This document shows positions 34,001 to 48,200 of a DNA stretch of 57,654 bases, in pieces. Both the position numbers and the translations under genes were made by a program. Origin of the DNA: Eledone cirrhosa (lineage: Eukaryota); the NCBI GenBank assembly GCA_964016885.1, contig CAXHJY010001752.1, positions 1 through 57,654 of the forward strand, in the 5' to 3' direction. The stretch's first letter is position 1, and each line of letters begins with the position of its first letter. The notes under the pieces were generated by a model, which had not been told where the DNA came from, made no database searches, and saw only the letters and a list, made by a program, of their open reading frames with translations.

Positions 34001-37000
34001 AAGGTGGATTGGCAGTGTCGGTAGAGCGTCAGACACCATGCTTTGCAGCTTAGAGTTATAGCACTTTACATTCTGAGTTCAAATCCTGCCACGGTTAATT
34101 TTGCCTTTCATCCTTATGGGGTTGATAAAATAAAGCACCAGTAATGCAATGAGGTAATTGCTGGCTTTGTGCCAAAAGTAGAAACAATTATATGAAGAAT
34201 GAAAAGTAGTGGCTTGGCAAAATTGTTAAAACATCTGGAAAAATGTTTTATGGCATTTAGTTACCGCTCTTTATGTGCTGAGTTCAAATCATGCCAAAGT
34301 CAGCTTTGCCTTTTATCCTCCTGGGGCCGATAACATCAACTACCAATAAAGTACTGAGGTCAATCTAAACAACTTATTTGTGTGTATTTACACACCTATA
34401 ACAATATAAACGTATGTTGGCAAGGTATTAGAGTGAACGGCGGTGGTTTGACAGAATTGTTAAAGCATCTGGAAAAATGCTTTGAGGCGTGTAGTTCAAA
34501 TCCCAAGGATTCAAATTCTCAAGGTCAACTTTGTCTTTCAGCCTTCTGGGGCCAATCTAAACTAAACAATTTACCTTTTACCACCAATTGCTGACCTAGT
34601 GTTCAATTCAGAAATTATTATTTGGAGAGTGAGATGATATGAGAGGAAATTTAGTGTTTATTTGGGAACCATTACCCATTTGTGTATATTCAGTATTTAA
34701 TAAAATACAATGTATAGTTGAAATGTTTTGCACATTAACTCACTCTTCTTTGTATATAAAGTAAATATTCATTGACAAAATAATGGAGTGATTGGAAAAA
34801 CACTTCATGTTCTTTCTCTCTGGTTTCAAGCGAGTAGCTTTTGGGCATTCTAGCATTTTCGGCAGCAGGTCAGAAAAATGTTATGGATTCATAAATTTAG
34901 AAGGAAATTAGCTACGGAAACTATCATTATTATTTATCACTAACGGGCGGTAGATTGGCAGTATCGGTAGAGGGTCGGACGCCATGCTTTGTAGCACAGT
35001 TACGTCCCTTTACGGACTGAGTTCAAATCCCGCCGAGGTTAACTTTGCCTTTCATCCTTACTGGCTCGATAAAATAAAGTACCAGTAATTGCTGGCCTTG
35101 TGCCAAAAAGTAGAAAATTATGATTTATCATTAATATAACAACCTTCTTTTTCTTTTTTCAATTTGTAGAATTTATATTATATTTAATAATAATTGTTTC
35201 TACTTTAGGCACAAGGCCAGCAATTACCCAGTGCATTACTGGTACTTTATTTTATCGACCCCGTAAGGATGAAAGGCAAAGTCAACCTCGGCGGGATTTG
35301 AACTCATATCGTAAAGGGACGTAACTATGCTGGAAAGCATGGTGTCTGACCCTCTACCGATACTGCCAATCCACAATATTTATAAATTACTTAATACATT
35401 CTTTTAAGTTCCTAAAAGACACTTCTCTCTATATAACTCAGCTGACATGTTTGTTCTCCTCTCTCATGACAAAGTCCTACTCATATACTTTGTTTTGACT
35501 TGGTTTCTATGGCTGGATTCCTTTTCTAACACCAACCACTTTATAGTATGTACTGGTAGTCTATTGTAAATTCCTCCAATCCACTCCTAACAAACTATAC
35601 ATTTCAAACAAATCCTCTAGTCTACTTTAAGCTCCCCCTTCCTACCCCAACACTGTGAGTACCTTTAGAAACCTTATAGAGAGATGTGAGCTACAGTAAG
35701 AGAGCAGGACATTGTGTACAAGGAATTCAAGAATTCTACATCAATTAGGAGAGCAATAAGTTTGAATATAATTCTGCATATGGGATATGTGGACTCTGTA
35801 AGTTGCAGCAAAAGCAACACATCTAGGAGAGTGGTAACTGAAAAAATATCTATACCAAAGAGACAAGCTGCATGAAATACAACCCATCTAGAACTGTGAA
35901 TAAAAGCTGACACTGTATAAAGGGGACACTTTAGTCTCTTGACAGACAACTTCTCTCGTACTTGTGTCACTATAACATTCACCAAGTTGATGCCATAAAG
36001 AGATTGGTGATAGAAAAAAACATGGCAGTGAAAAATACAATGGAAAACCCTAATTACATATACAGGGCTAATCGCTCACTCTGATCGATTGACAAGATCC
36101 CAGGTCTCGTCAAATCAGACCAAGGAAACAATGTTTCCATTGGTCTTTCCATTGCTGATATGATCTACCGGTCACAACTCCTGGCAGAAAGAGCAACATG
36201 AAATAAAGTGTCTTGCTCAAGGACACTGCATCACTCGGTCCGAGAATTGAACTCACAACTTCATGATTACGAATCCAACTCTCTAACCACTAAGCCATGT
36301 GTCTTCACTACAGGGTTAATATTTGATATATTAGTGTTGTGCATGGTAGTGGGGTGGTCAGGTGGAAACATCTGGCCATGTGGGAGAACCTTTCAGCCAT
36401 CATCAAATAGTTAGACCAATTCTTTTCTTTTCAGATGCAGGAAATGAATATCAAACAACCATGCACAAATGGAAACACCTCTTTTGCCCTCAAATACATA
36501 ACTTTAAGGCTGGAATCATCAGTGTTAACACAATGAAGGAGATATCTACAGAGACTGTAAGGATGCTAGCACATAGACAAGTTAATGTGTGCCACGTATA
36601 AGAGGTACAATTAATGAGAGCCTCTGCCTGACTCCTCACTAGCAAAGAATATATGTACAAATTTTTCTGGGTGGATAACAGTATTGGTATGAGTTGAGTA
36701 GGCATAGTGTTGGCAGAGAAATGAACAGATAAAGTATTTGAGGTAGTCAGAATAATTAAGCTCAGACTGATCATGGGCAGTATGACAGCAACTGTGATCT
36801 TTGCATATGCACCACAATCAGAGATACCAGATGAACAAAAGGATTGTTTCCATGAGATCCCCTTGCAGACTACTCTGGTAATGGATGAGAGCAACCTCCT
36901 TGTCATAACTGGCGACTTTAATGAACATGTTGGATAATGCCATGATGACTACTATCAATATGATACAAAGAATAAAGTGGGGTAAAACCTCTTAAAGTTA

Positions 37001-40000
37001 TATGACATAAATGACCTAAACATTTGTAAAATTAACTTCAGCAAACCAAACAACAACCTGATCCCTTACCACACAGATGAACATTCAATCCAGATAGGCT
37101 TCATATGCTCCAAAAAATAAGAGAGATAGTTGGTTGTGAATATTAAGTTTTTTCTCAGTGAAGGATTTATCAACATAGACTCGTGATTAATGACATCACA
37201 ATAAGTAGCAGATTGACCCAGAGACAGAAAATAATCTGAAGAAGGGAGGTAAAGAAATTGAAAAACTCCTCATCCATACCTGAGTTCAAAGAAATGCCAG
37301 GTAACGCCTATGATGAAAAGATAGGGACTTATAACATAGAAGACAACAGGGCGTTTCTCGAAGAGGATCTGCTACAAGTCACAGACCAAATCTTTGAATG
37401 GAGAAAGGTTTCATCCAGTTGGAAGGTGACATGGTAGTGAAATGGTACACAGAACCATAAAAAGAAAGAGATAAGCCTAGAGAGAATATAAAAGCAGGAA
37501 GCAAAAGACAATATCTAAAAGCAAAATAAGCTAGACATCAGATATATCTAACAAAGGGAAAACAGCTGAGAGATTTACCAATATTCTGTGATATGAGAAT
37601 CAGAGGCATGATACATATTGCAAAGCAGTGTCGATGTGAATCAAGATGTAGATGGAAAAAATTTGCATGGATTAATAGCATACTTTCCCTCACTAACACT
37701 GAGAAAGAATAGAAATCTTACTATATTGTCAAACAGACGATTCTCTGTGGACCTCAGCAGGAAATGCAACTGATGGCGGTCACAGAAGAATGGCCTCCTC
37801 TAAGGTAACATGCTTGCTCCTCTCCTCTTCAATTTCTACAGAAATGATCAATCCATCCACTCAAATACTAGAAGCTTCCTCTATCCAGATGATCTCTGCA
37901 TTGCATCCCAGAAGCAATCTTTCAAGGAAGTTGAGATCTCACTCACTAGTGCTCTGGGTGGCCAAATCCCATACTATGCTGTCAACCACCTTCAAGCCAA
38001 CCCTGACAAGACCCAAATCAGCACTTTCCACCTACGGAACAGGGAAGCTAACTGCCAGCTCAAGATCAACTGGTATGGAGAATGGTTAGAGTACACTTCG
38101 AAACCTATCTACTTTCAGGTCACTCTGGACCGGCCTTTTACATATAAGAACCATATTGCAAAGACTAAAGCCAAGGTCAGATCAAGAAACAACATCCTAA
38201 AGATGCTGGCTAACACCAAATGGGATGCCCATGCCAGTACAATCTTCACCACAGCCTTAGCCCTTTGGCACCCCACAGCAGAATATGCCTCACCTGTGTG
38301 AAGCAAGTCATCACATGCAAAGAAAATGGACCCTGCCTTAAACATTGCAGATCAATCACAGGGTGTCTCAAGCCAACCAAAGTGGATGACCTCTACTTGC
38401 TTAGTGGCATTGGTCCCCCTCGCATCAGAAGGACAGTCCACTCCCAACTTGAGAAGTTGAAGCATGAAACTGACCCTCGTTATCCACTCCATGGCTGTGT
38501 ACCAATGACAAAGAAGCTCAAGTCAAGACATAGCTTTCTACACTCAGTCGAACCACTAAACAACAGAGCTTCTAGTCAACATCTGTCTCTGTGATACAGC
38601 CACCATAACAATATGGAACACAGGCTCTCTATCAGCCATACATAATCCTTCCCCATTGGCTCCAGTGATGCCTGGCCCTTCTGGTTCTACCTGAATTGCT
38701 TCCAAATAGCTGTTGGTCAATGTAGAGCCAACCTTCAGAAATGGGGATATGCCACTAATGATGATTCCAACTGTCAATGCAGGCAATTACAAACTATGGA
38801 GCACATGCTAGTTTTCTCAAATCTTGAAGATTCATGCACACTTAACAAACTTGAAACCTTAACACCCCAGGCAAGGTTCTGTACACAACAACAGATGGGT
38901 GTGGTATAGCAACTTGATAAGAAAACTATGAGAGTTTGCTGAATGAGAAGAATACAAAGGAAAAAGAGGGCCTATCTGAAATAGACACAACAGAGAGACA
39001 ATATAGTTAGAAGTATCATTAAGAATATGAAAGCAGGGAAAGCATCTAGACAATCACCAGGGTGCCGAAAATATTCAATGAAATAGGACATGCATTAGTC
39101 ATCAACTGCTACATGGGTAAAGGAGAAGCTTTAGAAAGTAGCATCTATGATTTGTATAGGAATGAATATGTAGAGAAGGCAACTGCTAAAGTACACAAGT
39201 GGAAGATAAAATCAAATGTTTTGTTGATCTAAGGGGCAACAACTTTCCTTTTGTCCAAATTCTCATGGACAAAAAAATAAAACAAACTCCACTGGTATGG
39301 TCTTAAAGAAAAGTATTGAAGAGACATTACTGATTAAAAGAGGAGGGAAAGGGAGCTTCAATATGACAAAGTAAGTGACAGTTTATAATCATTCTTATTG
39401 CCTTTGAGGTCTCAGCAGTTTAAAGTAACAGGCCAGAAGTTTATGGAGTCTAAGAGCTTGCTTTACATATGTATAGACCCCAGCACTTCACACACTCACA
39501 GTGAGAAAGTTGAAGAGAAAATATCATCATCATCATCATTTTATATCCGCTTTTCCCTGTTTGCAAGAGTTGGATGGGTCCTATTCAGCACATCATCTCT
39601 CCACTTGTCATGGTCCTTCGTCATCTCCTCGGTGAGTTTCAGCGGTCTGAAGTCTGCTCTCACCACCTCTGCCCAGGTTTTTCATGGTCTACCTCTACTG
39701 CAGCTTCCTTCTGCTGGGATTTCTTGGCACTTCTTTACCCAGCAGTCATCCTTCATGCGCATCACATGTCCAAACCATCTCAGCCTTCTCTCTTGCACAC
39801 CACAACTTATCCCTCTTATACCCAGTTTCTTTCTCAACTCGTCTATGCTTGGTCATTCACGCACATTGGTATTGCAAATCCAACGGAGCATACTTGCTTC
39901 ATTTCTCTCCAACTGTCACATATCTTCTGCAGTTGGTGTCTATGTCTCACTACCATGCAACATCGCGTATCTCACACAGGCATCATATCACCATCCTTCT

Positions 40001-43000
40001 GTATGCAGGGAGAAACCCTTCTTTGTCAACCTAGGAAGCAGCTCCCTAAACTTCTTCCAACCCGTCCTTATTCTAGATACTATGGCCTCGGAACACCCCC
40101 CTCCCATGCTAATCTGATCACCTAGTTACCGGAAGCTATCAACCACTTCTATAGAACCCATCTGCATTGGAAAAAATGTGTCTATCACTGCGATTACTAC
40201 TGTCAACTTTCCATTTACATCTACTGCATACATATTTCTCCCTACCTGTTAGTTTGCCTGCTATCCCACTACATCTCTTGTGTACCCAAGATCTGCATTG
40301 CGTACATTTTATGGAATTTATGCCAGTTCCTTTCCTACATATCGAACATGACCATTTCCCTGATGGAATCAGAGTATTGTCCTGTCTTCTACTTATCAAC
40401 ACTTTTGTTTTAGCTATGTTCACTCTCAGGCCTCTTGATCCCAACTGCTGTTTCCATAGCCAGAATTTGTTCTCTACTGATTCCAAATATACACCCCAAT
40501 CCACTACCCCTATCCTATCCTCCCACTCCCACCAACACCACCCTCTCTCTATAAAGTTGGTACCACAACATCCAGTCCAAATAAATGAGATCGAGATCGA
40601 GATCGTGTAGGTGTCACAACAAAAAAAGACAGTCCACGCTGTAATGTGGCCGTGTAGGTAACACGGTAAAAAGTTCCCACTTCCACACTGTAAATGTGGT
40701 TGGTGTAAGGAAGGGCATCCAGCCGTAGAAAACCTGCCAGATAGTCCTACATAAGCGAGACACAGTCACCCGACCAACCTTGCCTCAAGTGGGACAACTC
40801 CCGTCTAACCCATGCTAGCGTGGAAAGTGGACGTTAAACGAAGATGATGATGATGATTCGTTCATTGTTAAATCTTTGCACTTGACTATATAATCTTTGC
40901 AGGTTCTAACATTTAATAACCATACCCAATGTCTTCAATAACGAATCAATGTGAGAACTGCCATTTAATTGTTTGACCTTCTAGAAGTAGCAGCCAAATG
41001 CCCTTAATGATATGTCTGTTCAGGCAAGGCAGACATAGAGCTAAACAACAGCAACCAAATGATTTTGGTTTTATTCATGCACAAAATATTATTTACATTA
41101 AAAAGCCAGCAGGATTCACTGATGAAAGAAAATGTTGAACTGAAGTGTGTTATTTAACTATAAGCATTTTGAAAAAGTCTTATAAATGTTGTTGTTTCTT
41201 TATACACCCCATTCTCTTACTCTTACTTGTCCCATAACTCCTGATGGGATCATAAGGCACTGTATTAACATACAGTGTTTCTTGAGCATTTTAAGCCTGG
41301 CAGAGCCCATCTCCTCTCCAAGCCTGAGTACAACAAATTTCTTCCAGAAAAGGATAGGAAGTGAGAAAGAGGAAGATATATAGAGGAAGAATCGATCCCA
41401 GTACTAGACTGGTACTTTTTTATTGACCTCAAATGGATGAAAAGTAAAGTTGACCTCGGTGGGATTTGAACTCAGAGAGCAGAAAACCAGATTAAATACC
41501 ACAAAGCATTCTATCCGCTAGTCTAATGACTCTGCCAATTCACCACCATATTATACCCCATTACTTAGTCGGTGGATTGGCAGTATCGGTAAAGGGTCGG
41601 ACGCCATGCTTTGACGTATAGAGTTACGGCCCTTGCCATTCTGAGTTCAAATCCCGCCAGGCTAACTTTGCTTTTCATCCTTACGGGATCGATAAAATAA
41701 AGTACCAGTAATGCTCTGGGTAATTGCTGGCCTTGTGCCAAAAGTAGAAACAATTACTTAGTCAACAAAATAAGTAGCATACTGAAATATGTACTGCAGT
41801 TGATATGATCAACTAAAATACTTGAAAAATGGTGCCCCAGCTGGACCACAGTCCAATGATTGAAACCAGTAAAATAATACTTACTTTTCCACTCGTTCTC
41901 TTTTTCTTCTTCATATTTTTCATTAATATCAACAACACCATCTTTTCCCTGGAATAAGAAGAAATAAATCACAGTATACAAACATGTCAAACTGAGGGTC
42001 CCCCGAAGGCCACATGGGTCACACATGTGTTGTCTGAGGGCCACACATGACAACTAATTGCACACATTACAACTAATTTTTTAAATTTTATATTACAAAG
42101 ATATAACATGCTTGTGCTGTAAAAACCTTTGTGCAGCCCGCAGGTGTGTTTGTAAAGGGCTGCATGTGGCCCATGGGCTGCATGTTTGACATGCCTGGAT
42201 TAACTAATGGAAAAGGAAATTATAAAATCTGATGGAATAGTTATTGTGCAGTTGTTCTTGTTTAACCCTAGGTCAATGCTAACTGAACAATAAAGTATAG
42301 TAATGCAATGGGGTTGATTCAATTGACTTTCCCCTCACACAAAAAATTGTTGGCTTTGTGCCTAAATCAGAAACCACTATTACACTATCAAAGTTGACAC
42401 TGGCATCACAGTTGTATTGTCTATGAAAGTGCCAATAAGATATAATTATACTAGTATTGTTTTAAATCTATATTTAGTATAATCAACCACCTATCTAAAG
42501 TTAAAAGAACCAGTATGATATTAGACATCATAAGCTCCAATTTAAAAAAGAAAAGAGATAGCGAATTGGCAGAGCCATTAGAATGTTGGATAGTGGTAGT
42601 TGTTCCGGATTTCTGTAGTCTCTGAGTTCAGCTCCTGTCGAGCTCAACTTTGCCTTTCATCTTTTTGAGTTCAATAAAACAAGCATCACTCAAGTACTGA
42701 GGTCAATTCTTTCTCTGTAGCTCTTTGTCGGTCCTTCTTTCTCTCCTCCTCTGGAAGAAATCAGCTGTGTTCAGATATGGAGAGACGATGAGCTCTGCCA
42801 GGGTTTAAGGTGCCTGAGACATACCATATGTCAAGATGATGCCCCTACAACTCCATCAGAAGTCCATACATACAAAAAAATAAAAGAGCAACAAACCTGT
42901 GATTGATCACATTACTGATTACACTAAAATCTATCTTGAGCTTGAAGGCTGATCAGGCCCATCCTTATCCTGGTTTCTGTGGCATGAAGTGACTGAGGGT

Positions 43001-45248
43001 ACAAGACTCCCTCTTAGACAGGACAGCAGTCAATCACAGGGTTAAACCCCCAGCTATTGCTGGTATTAATTTTCAGCTGAGTATACTGGAGCAACGTGAA
43101 ATGAAGTGTTTTGCTGAAGAATACAACACACAACCCAGTCCAGGAAACAAACCCACAGCATTAAGTCCAACATCCTTACCACTAGGCCACACACTTCCAC
43201 CGATTACACTTAAAAGTGTTAGTTATTCCATCTTTGTAAATTAGGTACTATTTTATCTCCACAAGATAATTCAGCAGTCACTTAGCACTAACAGGATAGG
43301 TATTCTAGATACAGTGTAACTTTCTGAAATTGATGCTTATGAGGTATATCATTTATATTGTGGCGTAGTGGTTAGGATGTTAAGCTCAGAATCATAGTCG
43401 TGAATTCAAATCCTGGCAACATTCTGTGTTTGTGCAAGACACTTTATTTCATGTTGCTCCAGTTCACTCAGTTGGAAAAATTAAGTTATTCCTGTAATTC
43501 AAAGGGCCAGCCTTGTCATGCTAAATCTCCCTGAGAACTATGTTAGGGGTACATCTATGAAATGCTGGGCCAATTGCATGTTAATTTTATGAACAGGTTA
43601 CTCCATTGACCAAAAGAATGGAACACACATCATCAGAACTGACAGAGGTTCAATTACTACTATTATTATGTATATTAACTCTTAACGTCCTGAACCACAT
43701 GAAACTGCATTAGCAAGGCATTTTTGAAAAGTACAAAACAGCATGATCATAATGTTGTGGGTTCAATTTCTGAACTGAGTTGTGTGTTGTGTTCTTGAGC
43801 AAAACACTTCATTTCACGTTGCTCCAGTATACTCAGCTGAAAATGAGTTCCATTAACAGTTGGGAGTTTAACCCTCAGTCGTTTCACGCAATGGAAACCA
43901 GGATAAGCACTGGCCTTATCAGCCTCCGAGCTCAAGACAGACATAGTAATTGTATGTGAGAATATATTTCCATTAGTTTCAAGTTTTCATGTGACTGCCC
44001 ACACACTCAAATAACTTGTGTTAAAAACCCAATAGAAATGAAAGCAATCAATCAAAGAAACAGGGCAAAACAAGAAGATCTGGATATTTACTGTATATAC
44101 TTGAATATAAGCCAAGAAATATATAACCAAAAAATCAAAAAAAGGGTTAAACCCCCAGCTATAGCTGGTACTCATTTTCAGCTGAGTATACTGGAGCAAC
44201 GTGAAATGAAGTGTTTTGCTCAAGAACACAACATGCAACCCAGGAATCAAACCCATGACATTATGATCGTAAGTCCAACACCCTTACCACTAGGCCACGT
44301 GCCTCCACTAATTTTATAGGTGATCTAAATATCATTGTAGAGCCACACAACAATATACCTTGATAGATGAGACATTATGTATAGTCATAAAATTACATGA
44401 ATGCTCACAATACAACAACTGACGAAAGGATATTTTCCCTGCTAAAGTAGAGGTTAGCCTTTTGAGCCCCATGACAAGATTTTTCACTTTTCCCTATCAT
44501 CTGTATCCTGCCTCACCAACACCCTGACTTTCATAACCCTCTCCATCATCTTCAGCCATGTCTTTCTTGGGATTCCCCTTCTACTTCTTTTTACATACAT
44601 TTCTGTCACTTTTCTCACCCAATCACTTTCGTCCTTCCTCAACACATGACCCAACCATCTCATTTCATTTCTATTCCCAATATTTATCACTAGTTGTATT
44701 CTTATCATCCTCTACATTTCATTGTTTATCTTCCATTCTCTGACTGATACTCCACTCATCCACTAGACCATTCTCACTTATGTTCTATCCAGCCTTCTCT
44801 TTTACTCCATGTTCATCACTCATGTCTCACTCCCCAAAAGTATGGCACTTATTACACAAGCAGCAGACATCTTTTCCTTCAGTTTCAGCAAAACTTCTCT
44901 CCTCATAAGCACACCACTCAGTTCCTAGAACTTCTACACACATCTCACTCTAGATACTGTCACAGTGTCTGATCTGCATTCTCCATTTAAAATGTCTCCA
45001 AAGTAAATAAAAACATCTTGCCACCTTCCATCTTCACATTCCCACTTGTATTATAAATAAAATATAAACATTACATACTTCACTGAGCTGTTTTAATTCA
45101 TCTGTGAAACCTGTACGGTTTACTAAGAGATTCCTTTGGAGCTCTAAGTCTTTAATTTGTTGATCAATTGCTGAAAAAGAAATAAATTATGAAATTCATA
45201 ATGATGTTAATCCAGTTGAGACTTAATTCCAGATTTTGTACCACCATT

Positions 45249-45279
<31 letters not shown>

Positions 45280-48200
45280 TCATCATCATTTAATGTCTGC
45301 TCATGAGATATGATGTTTGTCATTGCAGATAATTTCCCATTCATTACCGAGACATCTATTTTCCAGCTAGATACACTGAGATCAATAAAATAAAGTGTTT
45401 TGTCCAGAGACGAAATATTCCAGTAGAATATAAACTCTGAACCCAGGAGTCAGTAGTTTTTAACTCTGTCCAGTTTCAGTTTGCCTCAGAAGATAGAACA
45501 CACACACCCACACATCATCATCATCATCATCATTTTATATCTGCTTTTCCATCATAGCATTCCTCCATTCTTTGTGGTCCTTTATTATCTCCTCTGTGAG
45601 CTTCAGTAATTTGAAATCTTGGTCTTCCTCTACTGCAGCTTTCTTCCACCTGAAATATTTGGCACTTCTTCACTGAACGATCATCATACACATGCATCAC
45701 ATGTCCATACCAGTGCAGTCTTCTCTCCTGCACACAATATCTGATTCATTTTATACCCTGCTTTCCTCTCAGCTCATCCATGCTTTGTCAGGCATGTATA
45801 TTAACACTTCACATCCATCAAACTAAGCTCACTTCATTTCTCTCCAGTCTCTGTATATCCTCTGCATTTACTTCTCATGTCTCGCTACCATGCAACATCA
45901 CACATTATACACAGGCATGAGACAGCCAACCTTTCATTCATAGAAAGAAACCTTTTATTGTCAAAAGAGGCAGTAACTCTCTGAACTTCTTTTCCAATCT
46001 GTTTTTATTCTAACTAGTATTCTCTCAGAGTAACCTTCTCCACTGCTAATTAGATCACTTAGAGAGCAGAAGCTATTAACCACTTCTATCGGTTCATCCT
46101 TATTACTAACTATTCCTGTGCATTTGCTACATACAAAGTCTACTTTTTCTGTTAGTCTGCCTACTATCCCACTACACCTCTTGTGTACCCAAGACTTACA
46201 TTATATACATCATATAGAGTTTCTACCAACTCCTTTTCTACATAACAAGCATAACCCAGATGTGATCAAGGTTCTCTCTTCTTTTCTACTTACTGAAACT
46301 TTTTCAAGTTTGCTCTAAGCCATTTTGATTCTAATTTCTGTATACAAAGCTGGAATTTCTTCTCTAGATCTTCCATAGATTCAGCAAAAATAACTAGGCT
46401 GTCAGCACATAGAAGTCCCCAATGACAGCCAGCTTTAAACTCCTCTGTTATGGCCTGGAAATCTATAATAAACAAGAAGGGGCTGAGGATTGAGCCCTGA
46501 TGAAGACCTGTCTGCACATTAAATTCCTCACTAAACTCATTACCTACTCTCACAAGCCAATCTTTTACATGTAATTCCCTAGCTTCTTTCTAGCACATCA
46601 CATTTTCCCTTGTAACAAGAATGAGTATACTGTTTTGCCAGTCATTGGGTATAACCACATCATCATTGATTATGTGGGTGTGTAATTTGACTTGAACTTC
46701 CCCAGAAGATTTCAGCAGCACCACTGCCTGCTTTCAGTGTCTTTGGATGTCAAATGTTTTGACACCCTATCAATTAGCCAGAATACAATTCTCTCATTCT
46801 AATGTTTGTATTGACTACACAGTATTGAGTTCAAGACGACCTCCCAGATGCTATCAAACTTCTGCAGCCCCAGCTAATAAAAACCCTTTTAGTGTTGTTC
46901 ATGTTCATCTAGGCTTTTTTATTCAAATCTAGAACTTCTTCAGCACTTCTATAAATTCAGTAATAAGACCCATTTAGATATAAAATTCCATTTCGGCACC
47001 TAATTGTAAACTTCAGTATAATTGCTACATAAGCTTAGACTAAGAGCTTGAGGGATACTTTTGGGCTCTAATTTATTTTCTACAATGTAGAGAGAGAAAG
47101 ATTGAAAAGCTTGGTAAGGATAGGGGTTGGATCCAGGTATTATTTTTTTAGGATAATAAGGGGGACATTATCAGGGCTGGTGGCTTTAACAGTTTGAAGC
47201 AACAAAAAGTGTTTTACATTTCGCATGTAATGTGGTGGTAAGAATAGTTTTGGAAGAGACTTATTTAGAATGTACAGTTTGAACTTGGATGTAAAGCAGG
47301 CTGAAAATATGGAGGCTTTGAACCCATTCTTCTTGATTTCAAAAATATTCTGTTTCTAATATTTTGAAGAAATTTGCTTTCACATAAATAACTTCAAAAT
47401 TCCATGCCATCCAGTGGCTAGAACATTTCCTAACTTTCCTTATTCTTTAAACATCACAATGATAGTCATTTTTACATCCATTTGTCCATGCTTGCATAGG
47501 TCAGAAAGATCCTCTCCAGCACAATGTCCTACCACTTGTCATCTCTTCTGTGAGGTACAGCATACTGAGATCAGCTTTCACCACTTCTGCTCTTCTTTTC
47601 CTTGATTATCGTTATCCACTTGGACCCCCTGATACCTTGTTACCAAATTGACATTATCAATATACATTACATACCTGTACTAGCAGTCTTCTCTCTTGTA
47701 CACTCCATTTGATTCCTCTTATACCTAGTTTTTGTCACTCCCACCCAGGAATCTTAAAACCCAGCTTCATGCAGATTAAAGAAGATATCTTGAATTATAC
47801 AGAACTCACTATTTATGTTGCAATAGAAACTATGCTGTAGTGATTTCCTGATATCTAACTGATAAAACAAGTACATATCTCTCTCTTTGTTACAGTACTT
47901 CAAGCAAGGAGGGGAAAAGAGAGTAGAACTATAAAACATCTGGCTCAAGTATTTTGACAACTGTTCAAATAATAGTGGCTCAAACTATGACATCATATTT
48001 TCAACTTACATTTTATTCTTCTCTTTGCTATATTTGATGCCTGCTTTGCAGATCTCTCAACAAACCAATTATCTCCTAACAGAACGAGTATCTCATTAGT
48101 GTGTACAAGTTTCCCAGGCATAAAGGCTTTAGATCCAATTGGAACCTGAAAATGTTAAGAAGTGGAAAAAATAATAAAGTAAAAATTGAGTAAGTTTAAA

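Noticed and set aside
39398-40117. 239-aa plus-strand ORF (and similar 11528-12013, 40167-40610)
   Set aside because: Antisense reading of RTE LINE coding sequence.
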